This document shows positions 39,297-50,339 of a DNA stretch of 64,000 nt, one piece after another (the stretch's first letter is position 1; every line of letters starts with the position of its first letter). The notes beneath the pieces are model-generated. The model was given only the letters and a program-made list of their open reading frames with translations. It did no database searches and was not told where the DNA came from. Both the position numbers and the translations under genes were made by a program. Source of the stretch: SAR202 cluster bacterium (GTDB taxonomy: Bacteria > Chloroflexota > Dehalococcoidia > UBA6926 > VFHL01); contig VFHL01000003.1 in the NCBI GenBank assembly GCA_009392005.1, positions 17,221 through 81,220 of the forward strand, written 5' to 3'.

Positions 39297-40121
39297 ATGA
39301 CAACTAAAACATTTAAACCAAGCTCGCCTGGTAGGCGCCACCGCATCGGCATTGATTTTAGTGACCTGACAAAATCCAAGCCAGAAAAGAAGCTTACCCA
39401 ACCGCTCCGCAAGAAAGCCGGGCGCAATAATCGTGGGAAAATCACGGTACGCCACAGGGGTGGCGGCGCTAAGAGACGAATACGGATCATCGATTTCAAA
39501 CGCAATAAACATGACGTCGTAGGACGGGTCGCTGCAATCGAATATGATCCAAATCGATCAGCCAATATCGCTCTGATATTTTACGAAGACGGTGAAAAAC
39601 GGTACATACTTGCCCCCATTGGTTTAGAGGTTGGTCAAGTGATCGCCTCAGGAGAAAATGCAGAGATAAGTTTAGGCAATGCCTTGCCACTGAATCGCAT
39701 TCCTTCTGGAACGATGATTCACAACATAGAGCTACATCCAGGAAAAGGTGGCCAAATGATTAGAGGAGCCGGTACAGCAGCGCAGCTCCTCGCACGTGAG
39801 GAAAAATACACCCTGATCCGTCTTCCTTCTGGGGAAATCAGGCGCGTACTCAGCACGTGCATGGCAACCATTGGTCAGGTCGGTAATCCCGAACATAAAA
39901 ACCAACAATCAGGTAAAGCAGGAAGAACAAGATGGCTTGGTCGACGACCACAAGTGCGTGGATCAGCAATGAACCCGAACGACCACCCCCATGGGGGTGG
40001 CGAAGGTCGGTCACCGATTGGGCATCCAGGTCCGAAATCACCTTGGGGCAAACCAACTCTAGGTAAAAAGACACGCGGGAAAAAGATTACAGATCGTCTC
40101 ATAGTCCGGCGAAGGAAGTAA
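39297..40121 (+). CDS. rplB: 50S ribosomal protein L2
   Basis: 274 aa. [34 protein letters not shown]. Confidence 0.98.
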   Translation: MTTKTFKPSSPGRRHRIGIDFSDLTKSKPEKKLTQPLRKKAGRNNRGKITVRHRGGGAKRRIRIIDFKRNKHDVVGRVAAIEYDPNRSANIALIFYEDGEKRYILAPIGLEVGQVIASGENAEISLGNALPLNRIPSGTMIHNIELHPGKGGQMIRGAGTAAQLLAREEKYTLIRLPSGEIRRVLSTCMATIGQVGNPEHKNQQSGKAGRTRWLGRRPQVRGSAMNPNDHPHGGGEGRSPIGHPGPKSPWGKPTLGKKTRGKKITDRLIVRRRK

Positions 40122-40125
40122 AGAT

Positions 40126-40416
40126 ATGTCAAGATCCAGGAAAAAGGGCCCATACGTACATCCTAAGTTGATGAAAAAAGTCCTAATGGCACAAAATGAT
40201 GGTGGCCGAACGGTCATACAAACTTGGGCACGGGCATCTACCGTGATGCCTGAAATGCTCGGATTAACCATCGCTGTACATAACGGAAGACGTCACGTTC
40301 CCATATTTATTACTGAGAATATGGTTGGGCACAAACTTGGCGAATTCGTCCCCACCAGGACATTCAGAGGGCACATAGCTGGTGCCCGGACAGAACGCGT
40401 AGCCCAGAGAATATAA
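40126..40416 (+). CDS. rpsS: 30S ribosomal protein S19
   Basis: 96 aa. [35 protein letters not shown]. Confidence 0.98.
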   Translation: MSRSRKKGPYVHPKLMKKVLMAQNDGGRTVIQTWARASTVMPEMLGLTIAVHNGRRHVPIFITENMVGHKLGEFVPTRTFRGHIAGARTERVAQRI

Positions 40417-40430
40417 GGCAATATAAGGCA
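40411..40430 (+). repeat. Perfect 10-bp tandem duplication (atataaggca x2) at the rpsS/rplV junction
   Basis: 40411-40420 and 40421-40430 are identical. The first copy contains the rpsS stop codon (40414-40416). Confidence 0.9.
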
Positions 40431-40438
40431 TAGAATCA

Positions 40439-40777
40439 ATGAACGTTACCGCGACGGCAAAACAAATATCTCATTCACCGCAAAAACTGCGCATTATTGG
40501 CCGCGCCATAAAGGGCCTAACCGTCGAAGAGGCTTTGATCGTTTTACGATACCACCCTAGTCCATGGGCACGCGTAGTTTCTAAAGTCGTGCAGTCTGCA
40601 ACTGCAAATGCGGAAAACAATTATCAACTAGACCCACAAGAATTACATGTGGCTGATGTCAATATCGGTGACGGAGTACCATTAAAACGATTTAGGCCAC
40701 GAGCTCGTGGCCGTGTTGCGCAAATCAAGAAACGCCATAGTCACATAACCGTCACTGTGAACGATGAGAGGAACTAG
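40439..40777 (+). CDS. rplV: 50S ribosomal protein L22
   Basis: 112 aa. [36 protein letters not shown]. Confidence 0.97.
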   Translation: MNVTATAKQISHSPQKLRIIGRAIKGLTVEEALIVLRYHPSPWARVVSKVVQSATANAENNYQLDPQELHVADVNIGDGVPLKRFRPRARGRVAQIKKRHSHITVTVNDERN

Positions 40778-40779
40778 AG

Positions 40780-41520
40780 ATGGGACATAAGGTTCATCCC
40801 AACGGCTTCCGCCTCGGAATAATCCGAGATTGGCAAGCGAAATGGTACGCTCACAAAAAGCCTTTATATCGCGAATTGCTCCAAGAGGATATCAAGCTTC
40901 GCACCGCGATACTAACGAAGAGGCGCGACGCAGCGATCTCCCGCGTTGAAATAGAACGTGCGGCGACTGAAATCACAACAACTCTACACAGTGCGCGACC
41001 AGGAATAATCATCGGTCGAGGTGGTCAGCGGGTGGAGGAACTGAGACGTGACTTAGAAGAGCTCACCGGAAAACGAATACGGATAAACATAAATGAAATT
41101 CGACAACCGGAACTTGATGCAACTCTAGTAGCTCAAAACCTCGCAGAACAAATTTCAAGACGTATACAAGTCCGACGCGGAGTCAAGCAAGCAATGGGCC
41201 GTACAATGCAAGCTGGAGCACAAGGCGTCCGAATTGAAGTTTCGGGTCGCCTCGGAGGCGCCGAGATTGCTCGCAAAGAAAAAGGGATGGAAGGGCGTGT
41301 ACCACTTCATACCCTCCGGGCAGATATTGATTACGGCTTTGCCGAAGCTGCAACCGCTATGGGAAGATTAGGTATAAAAGTCTGGGTATACAAAGGAGAT
41401 ATATTAACCACTCCTGAAATACAAGAACCAGCTCAGGCAAATGCGCCAACTGAATCTTCTAACGCACCTGAATCACCAACCCAACCAGAGGAGGATTCAC
41501 AAAGTGCTTCAACCCCGTAA
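40780..41520 (+). CDS. rpsC: 30S ribosomal protein S3
   Basis: 246 aa. [16 protein letters not shown] domain [17 protein letters not shown]. Short acidic/Pro-rich C-terminal tail. Confidence 0.98.
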   Translation: MGHKVHPNGFRLGIIRDWQAKWYAHKKPLYRELLQEDIKLRTAILTKRRDAAISRVEIERAATEITTTLHSARPGIIIGRGGQRVEELRRDLEELTGKRIRININEIRQPELDATLVAQNLAEQISRRIQVRRGVKQAMGRTMQAGAQGVRIEVSGRLGGAEIARKEKGMEGRVPLHTLRADIDYGFAEAATAMGRLGIKVWVYKGDILTTPEIQEPAQANAPTESSNAPESPTQPEEDSQSASTP

Positions 41521-41917
41521 AGTAAAATTCAGAAAAATGCATCGGGGAAGGCGTAAAGGAAAGGCCCAGCGAGGTAATTCCCTAGCGTTCGGTGATCTTG
41601 GAATCCAAGCGCTAGAACCCGTGTGGATGAGTGCTCAACAAATTGAAGCTGCCAGGCGGGCGATGACACGTCATGTAAGTCGTGGGGGGCAAATATGGAT
41701 TCGTGTATTTCCAGACAAGTCCATTACTAAACGCCCTGTAGATACGCGAATGGGTAAAGGAAAAGGTAATCCAGAAGGATGGGCCGCCGTGGTCAAACCA
41801 GGGCGTATGCTGTTTGAAATAGCTGGTATTGAAGAGGGTATCGCGCGAGAGGCACTAAGACTCGCGGGATCAAAACTGCCAATAAAAACACAAATTGTTG
41901 CACGTGAGGGGCTATAA
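41504..41917 (+). CDS. rplP: 50S ribosomal protein L16
   Basis: GTG 41504 ([16 protein letters not shown]) lies 7 nt after GAGGAGGA and overlaps the rpsC 3' end by 17 nt. The track's 41441 start is a spurious extension. Confidence 0.96.
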   Translation: MLQPRKVKFRKMHRGRRKGKAQRGNSLAFGDLGIQALEPVWMSAQQIEAARRAMTRHVSRGGQIWIRVFPDKSITKRPVDTRMGKGKGNPEGWAAVVKPGRMLFEIAGIEEGIAREALRLAGSKLPIKTQIVAREGL

Positions 41918-42121
41918 ATGCGAGCCGAAGAAATAAGAGCACTTGACGATACTGAAATTACGCAAGAACTAGAAGATGCACACAGAGAACTCTTTAATCT
42001 CAGATTTCGTCATGCGAGTCGACAGCTCGAAGATCCTAACCAGCTTCGCTCAATGCGAAAAACAATAGCACGAATTAAAACTATTATCAGAGAACGAAAC
42101 GCGGCAGAGGGAGACGACTAG
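41918..42121 (+). CDS. rpmC: 50S ribosomal protein L29
   Basis: 67 aa. [32 protein letters not shown]. Confidence 0.96.
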   Translation: MRAEEIRALDDTEITQELEDAHRELFNLRFRHASRQLEDPNQLRSMRKTIARIKTIIRERNAAEGDD

Positions 42122-42508
42122 ATGGGTAATCGGAAGGTTGAAGTTGGCCGCGTGGTCAGTAACATAATGGACAAAACTGTAGTCGTCACTGTTCAGCGAC
42201 GATCAGTCCATCGCATATACAAAAAAGCGATACTACGGCAAAAACGATTTAAGGTCCATGATGAAAACAATACGTGCCAAATTGGTGACGTTGTTGAAAT
42301 TGAGGAAACTCGACCACTTTCGAAAAGCAAGCGTTGGCGTGTTGCAAAAGTCCTAATTGGAGGATATGGAGCGGAAACAGCGCCCACAACCGCCGAAGAG
42401 GTACAAGACATCAGTAGCAGTTTGGAAAATGCCGTAGAAGAAACAACTGAGGAAGACCAAACGACCGAAACTGAGAACGCAAGTACCGAGGAAGAAGTCT
42501 CAGCATGA
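42122..42508 (+). CDS. rpsQ: 30S ribosomal protein S17 with about 47-aa acidic C-terminal tail
   Basis: 128 aa. Core [25 protein letters not shown]...[32 protein letters not shown]. Confidence 0.96.
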   Translation: MGNRKVEVGRVVSNIMDKTVVVTVQRRSVHRIYKKAILRQKRFKVHDENNTCQIGDVVEIEETRPLSKSKRWRVAKVLIGGYGAETAPTTAEEVQDISSSLENAVEETTEEDQTTETENASTEEEVSA

Positions 42509-42873
42509 TCCAATCAAATAGTCGGTTGAGTGTGTCAGACAATTCAGGTGCTCGCGAAATCATGTGCATTAATGTCCCCGGTGGTACACGTCGCCGATAT
42601 GCGAGTGTTGGAGACGTAATCATTGCATCTGTGAAGGAAACAGGACGTGGCAGCCAAATCCGCCGAGGCGAGGTCGTGCGTGCAGTGGTTGTACGAGTCG
42701 CACAGCCATATCGACGACAAGATGGATCATATATCCGATTTGATGAAAATGCAGCCGTCTTGTTGAATGATCGAAATGAACCACGTGGTACACGGGTTTT
42801 CGGTCCTGTTGCACGAGAGTTACGGGAGAAGAACTTCATGCGAATTGTCTCTCTAGCACCGGAGGTTTTATAA
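42505..42873 (+). CDS. rplN: 50S ribosomal protein L14
   Basis: 122 aa. [22 protein letters not shown]...[12 protein letters not shown]. Confidence 0.98.
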   Translation: MIQSNSRLSVSDNSGAREIMCINVPGGTRRRYASVGDVIIASVKETGRGSQIRRGEVVRAVVVRVAQPYRRQDGSYIRFDENAAVLLNDRNEPRGTRVFGPVARELREKNFMRIVSLAPEVL

Positions 42874-42875
42874 CA

Positions 42876-43193
42876 ATGCCAAGCAAGATTCGACGAGACG
42901 ACACAGTCATTGTAACTGCGGGAAAGAACAAAGGCACTCAGGGAAACGTAAGGCGATCTATTCCTGATAAAAACCGGGTAATAGTTGAAGGCGTGAATAT
43001 CATCAAGAGACATTTACGAAATGACCCTGGATTGGCACAATCTGGGATCGTGGAACAAGAAGCGGCAATCCATGTATCCAATGTGCAACTGATATGTACC
43101 GAATGCAACGAACCAACACGTGTAGGATTCCGATCCCTAGAAGACGGACGTAAAGTGAGGATTTGCAAGAAATGCAACGAGACGATCGACTAG
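42876..43193 (+). CDS. rplX: 50S ribosomal protein L24 (KOW domain plus CxxC...CxxC zinc-ribbon-like C-terminus)
   Basis: 105 aa. [21 protein letters not shown] (KOW). [11 protein letters not shown]...RICKKCNE resembles the Cys-containing L24 of Thermus as I recall it. Confidence 0.96.
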   Translation: MPSKIRRDDTVIVTAGKNKGTQGNVRRSIPDKNRVIVEGVNIIKRHLRNDPGLAQSGIVEQEAAIHVSNVQLICTECNEPTRVGFRSLEDGRKVRICKKCNETID

Positions 43194-43849
43194 AAGAAAC
43201 GACTGAAGAACTAGCAGCAGATAATGTTGCCGATTCTGAAGAGACTTCTGGCAGTAAGAGCAAAACACGGAAACGAAAGGCCGCAACAACGTTGACGGTC
43301 CGAGTTCCACCTATGCTCGGCAAGTTCAGAGAAACAGTGATCCCAACAATGATGGATGATTTCGGCTATGAGAACGTTATGCAGGTCCCACGTTTAAGCA
43401 AAGCAGTGATTAACGTGGGTGTAGGTGATGCCAAAGATAATGCTCGGGCTATGGAAATGGCACAAGCTGACGTTACAATGATCACAGGACAAAAGCCGGT
43501 AACAACTAGGGCAAAAACATCTGTCGCAGGATTTAAGCTACGCGAAGGAATGCCAATAGGTACAATGGTTACACTCCGACGCCATAAGATGTATGATTTT
43601 CTTGACAAACTAATGAATGCCGCTCTTCCAAGAGTCCGCGATTTTCGTGGAGTATCGGATCGCGGATTTGATGGACATGGTAATTACACACTAGGTATTC
43701 AAGAGCAAATAATATTTCCCGAAGTTGATTATGGTGAAGTTGATAGAATTCGAGGACTGCAAATATCCATAGTTACAACGGCTAATACAGATGAAGAAGG
43801 ACGTAAGCTTCTTGAACACCTTGGCATGCCGTTTGCCAGACCGGCATAG
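43172..43849 (+). CDS. rplE: 50S ribosomal protein L5 (start uncertain; possible ~47-aa N-terminal extension)
   Basis: Conserved core from [38 protein letters not shown] onward (ATG 43313). The frame stays open upstream to ATG 43172 (GAGG at 43157-43160) and TTG 43163. I see no SD in front of 43313. Confidence 0.9.
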   Translation: MQRDDRLEETTEELAADNVADSEETSGSKSKTRKRKAATTLTVRVPPMLGKFRETVIPTMMDDFGYENVMQVPRLSKAVINVGVGDAKDNARAMEMAQADVTMITGQKPVTTRAKTSVAGFKLREGMPIGTMVTLRRHKMYDFLDKLMNAALPRVRDFRGVSDRGFDGHGNYTLGIQEQIIFPEVDYGEVDRIRGLQISIVTTANTDEEGRKLLEHLGMPFARPA

Positions 43850-43857
43850 GAGGACAC

Positions 43858-44043
43858 GTGGCTAAAGAATCAAAAATCGCTAAATGGCGACGAGAGCCAA
43901 AATACAAAGTAAGGCATCATAATCGATGTGAAGTTTGCGGGCGACCTCGCGGATATTATAGGTATTTTGGTCTTTGTAGGATATGTCTCCGAGAGCGAGC
44001 ACTCCGGGGAGAATTACCCGGGATAACAAAATCAAGTTGGTAG
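43858..44043 (+). CDS. rpsN: 30S ribosomal protein S14 type Z (zinc-binding, 61 aa)
   Basis: [10 protein letters not shown]...[23 protein letters not shown] with a CxxC...CxxC motif. Confidence 0.97.
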   Translation: MAKESKIAKWRREPKYKVRHHNRCEVCGRPRGYYRYFGLCRICLRERALRGELPGITKSSW

Positions 44044-44062
44044 ATGGTGAGAGGAATAAACT

Positions 44063-44464
44063 TTGAGTGTGACTGACCCGATAGCAGATATGTTGACACG
44101 CATACGTAATGCTTTAATGGCACGCCACGATTCAGTGATCGTCCCAACCTCAAAAACCAAGGAAGCTATTGCACGGCTATTGAAGGACGAGCAATACATA
44201 AGTAGTTATGAATTGTTGCGAACAGCAACCCCACAACGGGCAATACGGATTCAATTATCTTATAAAGAGGATGGAGCACCTTCAATCGAGGGCCTTAAAC
44301 GTATAAGTAAGCCTGGCCTGCGAGTTTATGTACAACATGGGGAGATACCGCGGGTGTTTGGTGGCTTAGGTATCGCCATAATCTCAACATCACAAGGCAT
44401 CATGACCGGCACACAAGCATGGCGAAATAAGACTGGAGGAGAACTCCTGTGTTACGTATGGTAG
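44063..44464 (+). CDS. rpsH: 30S ribosomal protein S8
   Basis: 133 aa. [28 protein letters not shown]. Confidence 0.98.
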   Translation: MSVTDPIADMLTRIRNALMARHDSVIVPTSKTKEAIARLLKDEQYISSYELLRTATPQRAIRIQLSYKEDGAPSIEGLKRISKPGLRVYVQHGEIPRVFGGLGIAIISTSQGIMTGTQAWRNKTGGELLCYVW

Positions 44465-44483
44465 CAAAGGAAGTTAAAGTGAT

Positions 44484-45035
44484 ATGTCTCGTATAGGTAA
44501 AATGCCAATTCAAATCCCACAAGGGGTCACAGTAACAATCTCCGAAAAGACCATTACTGTGAAAGGCCCGAAAGGGGAATTAACGAAAACCTTTTCTCCC
44601 AAAATATCCTTTGAAGAAAATGATGGTTCAATCACAGTTACCCGTGCATCAGATGATAGGGAGGACCGATCTCTTCACGGACTCACCAGAGCACTAGTAA
44701 ACAATATGGTGATTGGCGTGACAGAGGGTTTTACGAAGAGTCTTGAATTACAAGGAGTGGGATATCGTGTCCAAGAAGAAAGATCCGGTATAACACTGCA
44801 GGTAGGTTTCTCTCACCCAGTCCCTGTTGTACCGCACGATGGAATTACTTTCAGAGTCGAAGATAACGACCAGATACACGTTGATGGAATTGACAAACAA
44901 GTTGTTGGCGAAGTCGCTGCCCGACTAAGAGCAATCAGGCCTCCCAATGTTTACACTGGCAAAGGAATTCGGTACTTAGGGGAACAAGTGCGACGCAAAG
45001 CTGGTAAGGCCGGCGCTGGTGGAGGTACAGAGTAA
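44484..45035 (+). CDS. rplF: 50S ribosomal protein L6
   Basis: 183 aa. MSRIGKMPIQIPQGV, ELQGVGYRV, PPNVYTGKGIRY. Confidence 0.98.
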   Translation: MSRIGKMPIQIPQGVTVTISEKTITVKGPKGELTKTFSPKISFEENDGSITVTRASDDREDRSLHGLTRALVNNMVIGVTEGFTKSLELQGVGYRVQEERSGITLQVGFSHPVPVVPHDGITFRVEDNDQIHVDGIDKQVVGEVAARLRAIRPPNVYTGKGIRYLGEQVRRKAGKAGAGGGTE

Positions 45036-45404
45036 ATGGCAAAAACCACGAGTGGTCTCAATCAGCGCAAGCGGCGACACATCCGCGTCCGCAAGAAGGT
45101 GGCTGGAACGTCGGATCGTCCACGACTTAGCGTTTTCCGTAGTGCAAACCATATATACGCACAAGTCATAGATGATGATAATGGTAATACAATCGCGTCT
45201 GCCTCAACGGTAGAAGCGGATATTAATCAACAAAAGGATGGAAAAACCAAAGTAGAAATAGCTGCGATCGTAGGAAAACTAGCTGGAGAGCGCGCGACAG
45301 AAAAAGGCGTGAACAAGGTCGTTTTTGACCGCGCAGGTTTCAAATATCACGGTCGAGTGAAAGCATTAGCGGAAGGCGCGCGTAAAGCAGGCCTTGACTT
45401 TTAA
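45036..45404 (+). CDS. rplR: 50S ribosomal protein L18
   Basis: 122 aa. [48 protein letters not shown]. Confidence 0.98.
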   Translation: MAKTTSGLNQRKRRHIRVRKKVAGTSDRPRLSVFRSANHIYAQVIDDDNGNTIASASTVEADINQQKDGKTKVEIAAIVGKLAGERATEKGVNKVVFDRAGFKYHGRVKALAEGARKAGLDF

Positions 45405-45425
45405 ATAAAGCGCAAAGGACCTAAA

Positions 45426-46010
45426 ATGCAACGACAACAACGCGGACAAAGAGATCGCAACCGCGATCGAGAACAAGAATCTAACGAGATAGAAAGCGTC
45501 GTTAACATTCGACGAGTCGCAAAAACTGTGGCTGGCGGTAGGCGGTTCACCTTCAACGCTCTAATGGTCGTCGGTGACGGGGATGGTCGCGTTGGTATGG
45601 GGCAAGGCAGAGCCGGAGAAGTGCCTGACGCGATCCGGAAAGGTTCATCCAACGCCAAAAGAAACATGATCTCAGTACCTCGAAATGGTACAACGATCCC
45701 ACAGCAAATTGTTTCGAAATATGATGGTGCAAAGGTTTTATTAAAGCCAGCCGCGCCTGGCACAGGAGTGAGGGCAGGAGCAGCTGTCCGAGCTGTAATA
45801 GAAGCTGCTGGAATTAAAGACATCTTGACGAAATCACTTGGGAGCGCGAATCACACTAATATCGTCCGCGCAACATTAAAAGGACTCCAACAAATGAGGG
45901 CCCTCCCAGAACGAAACCCAAAAGGGAACTCAGCCTCAAAAGATGAGGCCCCAAAAGATGAGACATTAGGAGATCAAACGTCCGATGCGAGTCAAGAGGA
46001 GGCTCAATAA
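45426..46010 (+). CDS. rpsE: 30S ribosomal protein S5 with C-terminal low-complexity tail
   Basis: 194 aa. [49 protein letters not shown]. Confidence 0.97.
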   Translation: MQRQQRGQRDRNRDREQESNEIESVVNIRRVAKTVAGGRRFTFNALMVVGDGDGRVGMGQGRAGEVPDAIRKGSSNAKRNMISVPRNGTTIPQQIVSKYDGAKVLLKPAAPGTGVRAGAAVRAVIEAAGIKDILTKSLGSANHTNIVRATLKGLQQMRALPERNPKGNSASKDEAPKDETLGDQTSDASQEEAQ

Positions 46011-46222
46011 TGTCTAAAGTCCGTATAACTCTTAGAAAAAGCCCCATAGGGTATTCAGATGACCAGAAAAAAACTGTGAAAGCACTGGGATTGAGTCGGT
46101 TAGGATCTTCTGTGGAACATGATTTTTCACGATCTATCCGCGGAATGATTATCAAAATAGAGCACCTTATAGAGTACGAAGAAAGAGAAGACAGCGTTTC
46201 AGGGGATCAAGAAGATGCGTGA
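46010..46222 (+). CDS. rpmD: 50S ribosomal protein L30
   Basis: 70 aa. VRITLRKSPIGYSDDQKKTVKALGL. Acidic C-terminal extension. Confidence 0.93.
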   Translation: MSKVRITLRKSPIGYSDDQKKTVKALGLSRLGSSVEHDFSRSIRGMIIKIEHLIEYEEREDSVSGDQEDA

Positions 46223-46652
46223 GAATGAACTTGCCGCGAGTCGCGGCGCCCGACGCAAATCTCGGAGAATTGGACGAGGTAATGGTTCTGGACATGGCAC
46301 GTACTCTGGTAGAGGGTTAAAAGGCCAAAATGCACGTTCAGGGGGTGGAGTTCGTCCGTTTTTCGAAGGAGGACAGCTTCCACTTGTCAAGCGATTACCT
46401 CATAAACGAGGATTTACAAACCATTTTCGAGTCGAGTATACAGGCGTCAACGTGGGTCGTTTAGAGATATTTCCAGAAGGTACAGAAATCACCTCAAAGG
46501 AATTACTAGAAGCAGGAATAATTCGAAAAAAGGACCGCCCGGTAAAAATCTTAGGAGGGGGCGATTGCACTCGTCCACTTACCATCCGAGTTGACAAAGT
46601 AACGTCTGCCGCTCAAGCAAAAATTGAAGCGGCCGGCGGACGGGTTGAATAA
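46215..46652 (+). CDS. rplO: 50S ribosomal protein L15
   Basis: 145 aa. RIGRGNGSGHGTYSGRGLKGQNARSGGGVRPFFEGGQLPL. Confidence 0.97.
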   Translation: MRENELAASRGARRKSRRIGRGNGSGHGTYSGRGLKGQNARSGGGVRPFFEGGQLPLVKRLPHKRGFTNHFRVEYTGVNVGRLEIFPEGTEITSKELLEAGIIRKKDRPVKILGGGDCTRPLTIRVDKVTSAAQAKIEAAGGRVE

Positions 46653-46657
46653 GAGTA

Positions 46658-47986
46658 ATGCGATCTACTAGCAACCGTAATACAGGCCGTCCCCAGCTGA
46701 TTCAAGCTGTTATGGACGCTGTTCGGGTCCCTGACCTCCGTAAACGTCTCCTTTTCACTTTTGGCCTGTTAGTCATTTTTCGGTTCATCGCACACGTTCC
46801 AATGCCAGGAGTTGATTTGCTCGCTCTTGACCGCCTATTCCAAAGTAACCAATTACTAGGTTTATTGGACTTGTTTAGCGGTGGCGCTATGAGAAATCTT
46901 AGTGTTGCCGCCCTTGGAGTGTACCCTTATATTACGGCATCAATCATTATGCAATTAATGATTCCGGTTTTTCCTGGGCTAAGTGGACTGGCTCAAGAAG
47001 GAGAGGCCGGCAGGGCAAAAATTAGCCAATACACACATTGGGCAACCATTCCCCTCGCTCTAGCGCAAGGGTATGCGCAACTAGTTCTATTGAGTAGCGC
47101 AGGCACGCTAGATCCTCTTTTCCCATACCCTGGAGGGTCATTCCTTCAAACCCTAGCCATGGTTATATCTTTAGCTGCAGGCACGATGTTGTTAGTATGG
47201 ATTGGAGAACTCATCACCGAAAACGGAATCGGTAACGGAATCTCATTGATCATATTTGGTGGTATCGTTGCTGGTTTGCCAGGCATGGCTGGACAAGGAT
47301 TGCTAGTAGGCGATCCAACAGGGTTGCTTCTTTTTGGCATCATTGGTTTTGCAATGTTGTACGTAATTGTTGTTTTCACCGAAGCCCAACGCCGCATCCC
47401 AGTCCAATACGGCCGAAGCGTCCAAAGAGGAGGCCGGCTTGAGAGGCAAGGAAGCCAAACACACATCCCCCTACGGGTCAATTCAGCAGGAATGATCCCA
47501 CTAATATTCTCTTTTTCTATCATGATATTTCCTGGCACAGTAGCAGGCTATTTTGTAAACGCCGACAACAATGTCGTTTCTGGCGTCGCAGATTTTATGC
47601 AACGCCTATTTTTCACGACTAGCCCTGTTTATTGGATACTCCTATTTTTGCTAACAGTAGGCTTCGCATTTTTCTATACACTGATTACTTTTCAGCAACA
47701 AAATCTCGCAGAGAATTTACAACAAAGTGGTGGTTTTATACCTGGAATAAGGCCGGGGCCGCCAACTGCACAATATCTAAATCGAGTAATAATGCGCATT
47801 ACGTGGGGTGGAGCAATTTTCTTAGGAGCAATAGCCGTCGTACCATTCATCGCTACACTTATTACCAATGTTGAAACACTGACATTGAGTAGCACCGCTC
47901 TTTTAATCGTGGTCGGAGTGACCTTAGATACAATGCGCCAATTGGAAGCACAATTGTTAATGCGACAGTACGAAGGTTTTATTTAA
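46658..47986 (+). CDS. secY: Preprotein translocase subunit SecY
   Basis: 442 aa, 10-TM pattern. LRKRLLFTFGLLVIFR, GIGNGISLIIFGGIVA. Confidence 0.98.
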   Translation: MRSTSNRNTGRPQLIQAVMDAVRVPDLRKRLLFTFGLLVIFRFIAHVPMPGVDLLALDRLFQSNQLLGLLDLFSGGAMRNLSVAALGVYPYITASIIMQLMIPVFPGLSGLAQEGEAGRAKISQYTHWATIPLALAQGYAQLVLLSSAGTLDPLFPYPGGSFLQTLAMVISLAAGTMLLVWIGELITENGIGNGISLIIFGGIVAGLPGMAGQGLLVGDPTGLLLFGIIGFAMLYVIVVFTEAQRRIPVQYGRSVQRGGRLERQGSQTHIPLRVNSAGMIPLIFSFSIMIFPGTVAGYFVNADNNVVSGVADFMQRLFFTTSPVYWILLFLLTVGFAFFYTLITFQQQNLAENLQQSGGFIPGIRPGPPTAQYLNRVIMRITWGGAIFLGAIAVVPFIATLITNVETLTLSSTALLIVVGVTLDTMRQLEAQLLMRQYEGFI

Positions 47987-48019
47987 TTAGCGAAACGGAA
48001 TAGAAAGTAGGTCGAGAAA

Positions 48020-48661
48020 TTGCAAGTGGTTCTTCTTGGGGCGCCTGGTGCCGGTAAAGGGACTCAAGCCGAAGCGTTATCAGCACATTTGAACGTACCC
48101 CATATTGCAACAGGGGACTTGTTCCGCGCGGCCCGTCAAAGCGGCACAGAGATAGGAAACATAGCTGCTGGTTACATGGACCGTGGAGAGCTTGTACCCG
48201 ATGAAGTGGTTGTGCGAATGCTTTTGGAACGGATATCTCTGCCTGATGCCCAAAATGGATACCTTCTAGACGGTTTTCCTCGCACCCTTGATCAAGCCAA
48301 ATCTCTCGGTGATGCTTTAGGCAAGAATGATAGTACGTTAGACGCTGTACTATATCTGAATGTTTCAAATGAAGAGCTTGTTTCAAGATTATCAGGAAGA
48401 TGGATATGCCGTAAGTGCCAAGCACCGTATCATGCAATATCAGCACCACCTCAAAAAGACGGAACATGTGATCGTTGTGACGGAGAATTATATCAACGCG
48501 AAGACGATCAGGAAGCAACTGTACGTACCCGATTAGGTGTATTCGAAAAAGACACCGCTCCACTTATTGAATATTATCGTTCTCAAGGCATATTGAGTGA
48601 AATTCCTGGTGAAGGAAACGTTAAGGAAATTGAGAATAAAATGATCTCAACTCTTTCATAA
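48020..48661 (+). CDS. adk: Adenylate kinase (zinc-lid type)
   Basis: 213 aa. P-loop GAPGAGKGTQ. Lid CRKCQAPYH...CDRCDGEL. TTG start as in the ORF track. Confidence 0.96.
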   Translation: MQVVLLGAPGAGKGTQAEALSAHLNVPHIATGDLFRAARQSGTEIGNIAAGYMDRGELVPDEVVVRMLLERISLPDAQNGYLLDGFPRTLDQAKSLGDALGKNDSTLDAVLYLNVSNEELVSRLSGRWICRKCQAPYHAISAPPQKDGTCDRCDGELYQREDDQEATVRTRLGVFEKDTAPLIEYYRSQGILSEIPGEGNVKEIENKMISTLS

Positions 48662-48663
48662 TT

Positions 48664-49443
48664 ATGTTCAGCTTAGGGAACAATAAAGGGATAACAATAA
48701 AATCCCCTGAAGAAATTGATCTGATGCGCAAATCAGGCCAAATTGTAGCTCAAACAATGCAAAAACTTATCTTGGCAGCAAAACCCGGAATAACTACGAT
48801 GGAGTTAGATCAAATCGCCGAAGATGATATCCGCTCACAAAATGCAGTTCCCTCCTTCAAGGGCTACCTAAATTATCCCGCTACAATATGCACCTCAATT
48901 AATAACGAACTCGTACATGGGATACCAAGCGATAGAAAAATACAGGATGGTGACATTCTTTCAATTGATGCAGGAGCAATCTACAAAGGGTTCCACTCAG
49001 ATCACGCAATGACAATACCCGTAGGCACCATACCTGAATCAATCAATGACCTAATAAATGTGACTAGGGAGTCACTGCTCGTCGGCATCAAAAACGCTGT
49101 ACGAGGAGCACGAATTGGTGATATTTCACACAGTATTCAAGAGTATATTGAATCCAATAATTATGGAGTCGTTCGAGAGTACGTTGGCCATGGCATTGGA
49201 CGAAATTTACATGAAGATCCACCCGTCCCAAATTTTGGGGAAAATGGTCGAGGACTAGAACTGAAAAAGGGTCTAGTTTTGGCCATCGAACCAATGGTTA
49301 CAGTCGGAGATTGGCATACTAAATTACACGAAGACGAATGGACCGTTTCCACACTAGATGGGAACCTATGCGCGCATTTTGAGCACACTATTGTGATTAC
49401 TGATAATGACGCGGAAATTCTTACAATAAACCAGCCTTTATAG
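48664..49443 (+). CDS. map: Type I methionine aminopeptidase
   Basis: 259 aa. Metal ligands in GDILSIDAG, FHSDH, GHGIG, LAIEPM, HFEHT contexts. Confidence 0.97.
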   Translation: MFSLGNNKGITIKSPEEIDLMRKSGQIVAQTMQKLILAAKPGITTMELDQIAEDDIRSQNAVPSFKGYLNYPATICTSINNELVHGIPSDRKIQDGDILSIDAGAIYKGFHSDHAMTIPVGTIPESINDLINVTRESLLVGIKNAVRGARIGDISHSIQEYIESNNYGVVREYVGHGIGRNLHEDPPVPNFGENGRGLELKKGLVLAIEPMVTVGDWHTKLHEDEWTVSTLDGNLCAHFEHTIVITDNDAEILTINQPL

Positions 49444-49577
49444 AGAACAATTTGGAAAAGGATGCGCGAAGCACACGGACAAAAACAATTCAATCAAAAA
49501 CAAATATGGAAACTGTAGGAAGAGTGTGGCATACTATGCTGGCCCCACTTTGATATAGTCGTCGGTATTGGAGAACT

Positions 49578-49796
49578 GTGGCAAAAAAAGAAGCTATTGA
49601 AGTAGAAGGAACCATAAAAGAGGCACTCCCAAATGGAATGTTTCGGGTAGAGCTTGCAAATGATCATAAAGTGCTAGCACATGTGTCGGGAAAGATTAGA
49701 CTTAACTTCATCCGTATTTTACCCGGTGACAAGGTTCTGGTTGACCTGTCACCCTACGACCTGACCCGAGGGCGTATAACTTACAGGTTCAGATAG
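49578..49796 (+). CDS. infA: Translation initiation factor IF-1
   Basis: 72 aa. [54 protein letters not shown] start. Confidence 0.97.
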   Translation: MAKKEAIEVEGTIKEALPNGMFRVELANDHKVLAHVSGKIRLNFIRILPGDKVLVDLSPYDLTRGRITYRFR

Positions 49797-49803
49797 GAGC
49801 ATA

Positions 49804-49917
49804 ATGCGTGTATCAGCATCCGTAACTCGCCGGTGCGCAAAATGCAAGGTGATTCGTAGAAAAGGAGTGGTGCGAGTGATTTGCTCGACACCCAAGCATA
49901 AGCAGCGACAAGGATAA
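49804..49917 (+). CDS. rpmJ: 50S ribosomal protein L36 (37 aa, below the ORF-track cutoff)
   Basis: My translation is [37 protein letters not shown], the canonical zinc-type L36. It lies between infA and rpsM as usual. Confidence 0.95.
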   Translation: MRVSASVTRRCAKCKVIRRKGVVRVICSTPKHKQRQG

Positions 49918-49933
49918 TTATAGGAGGATTCGT

Positions 49934-50317
49934 ATGGCCCGGGTGGGCGGTGTAGACATACCAAATGACAAGAAAGTTCCCTTCTCAATCCGATACATCT
50001 ATGGTATTGGCCCGACACTAGCGGCTGAGATCGTCGATAAAGCGAATCTAGACCCGAATACCAAAGTCGGCGATATGAATGAAGCAGAACTATCGCGTTT
50101 GCGAGATGTTGTAGAACGCGGGGGTTACTTAATTGAAGGAGATCTCAAACGAGAGATCGGATTAAACATCCGTCGACTGGTGGACATAGGTAGCTATAGA
50201 GGGCTCCGTCACCGACAAGGATTACCAGTTAGGGGGCAAAGGACAAAGACCAATGCCCGCTCACGAAAAGGTAAGGCCAAGACCGTAGCGGGCCGTCGTC
50301 GCGTAACTACACGATAG
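49934..50317 (+). CDS. rpsM: 30S ribosomal protein S13
   Basis: 127 aa. ARVGGVDIPNDKKV, SYRGLRHRQGLPVRGQRTKTNARSRKG. Confidence 0.98.
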   Translation: MARVGGVDIPNDKKVPFSIRYIYGIGPTLAAEIVDKANLDPNTKVGDMNEAELSRLRDVVERGGYLIEGDLKREIGLNIRRLVDIGSYRGLRHRQGLPVRGQRTKTNARSRKGKAKTVAGRRRVTTR

Positions 50318-50339
50318 AATAAAAGAAAGATTATAGTAT

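Noticed and set aside
38469-39512. 347-aa ORF on the minus strand spanning rplD, rplW and the start of rplB
   Set aside because: It is entirely antisense to three strongly conserved ribosomal protein genes. Its translation is low-complexity (Ser/Arg/Phe-rich) with no recognisable motifs, RBS or independent gene context. It is a shadow ORF.
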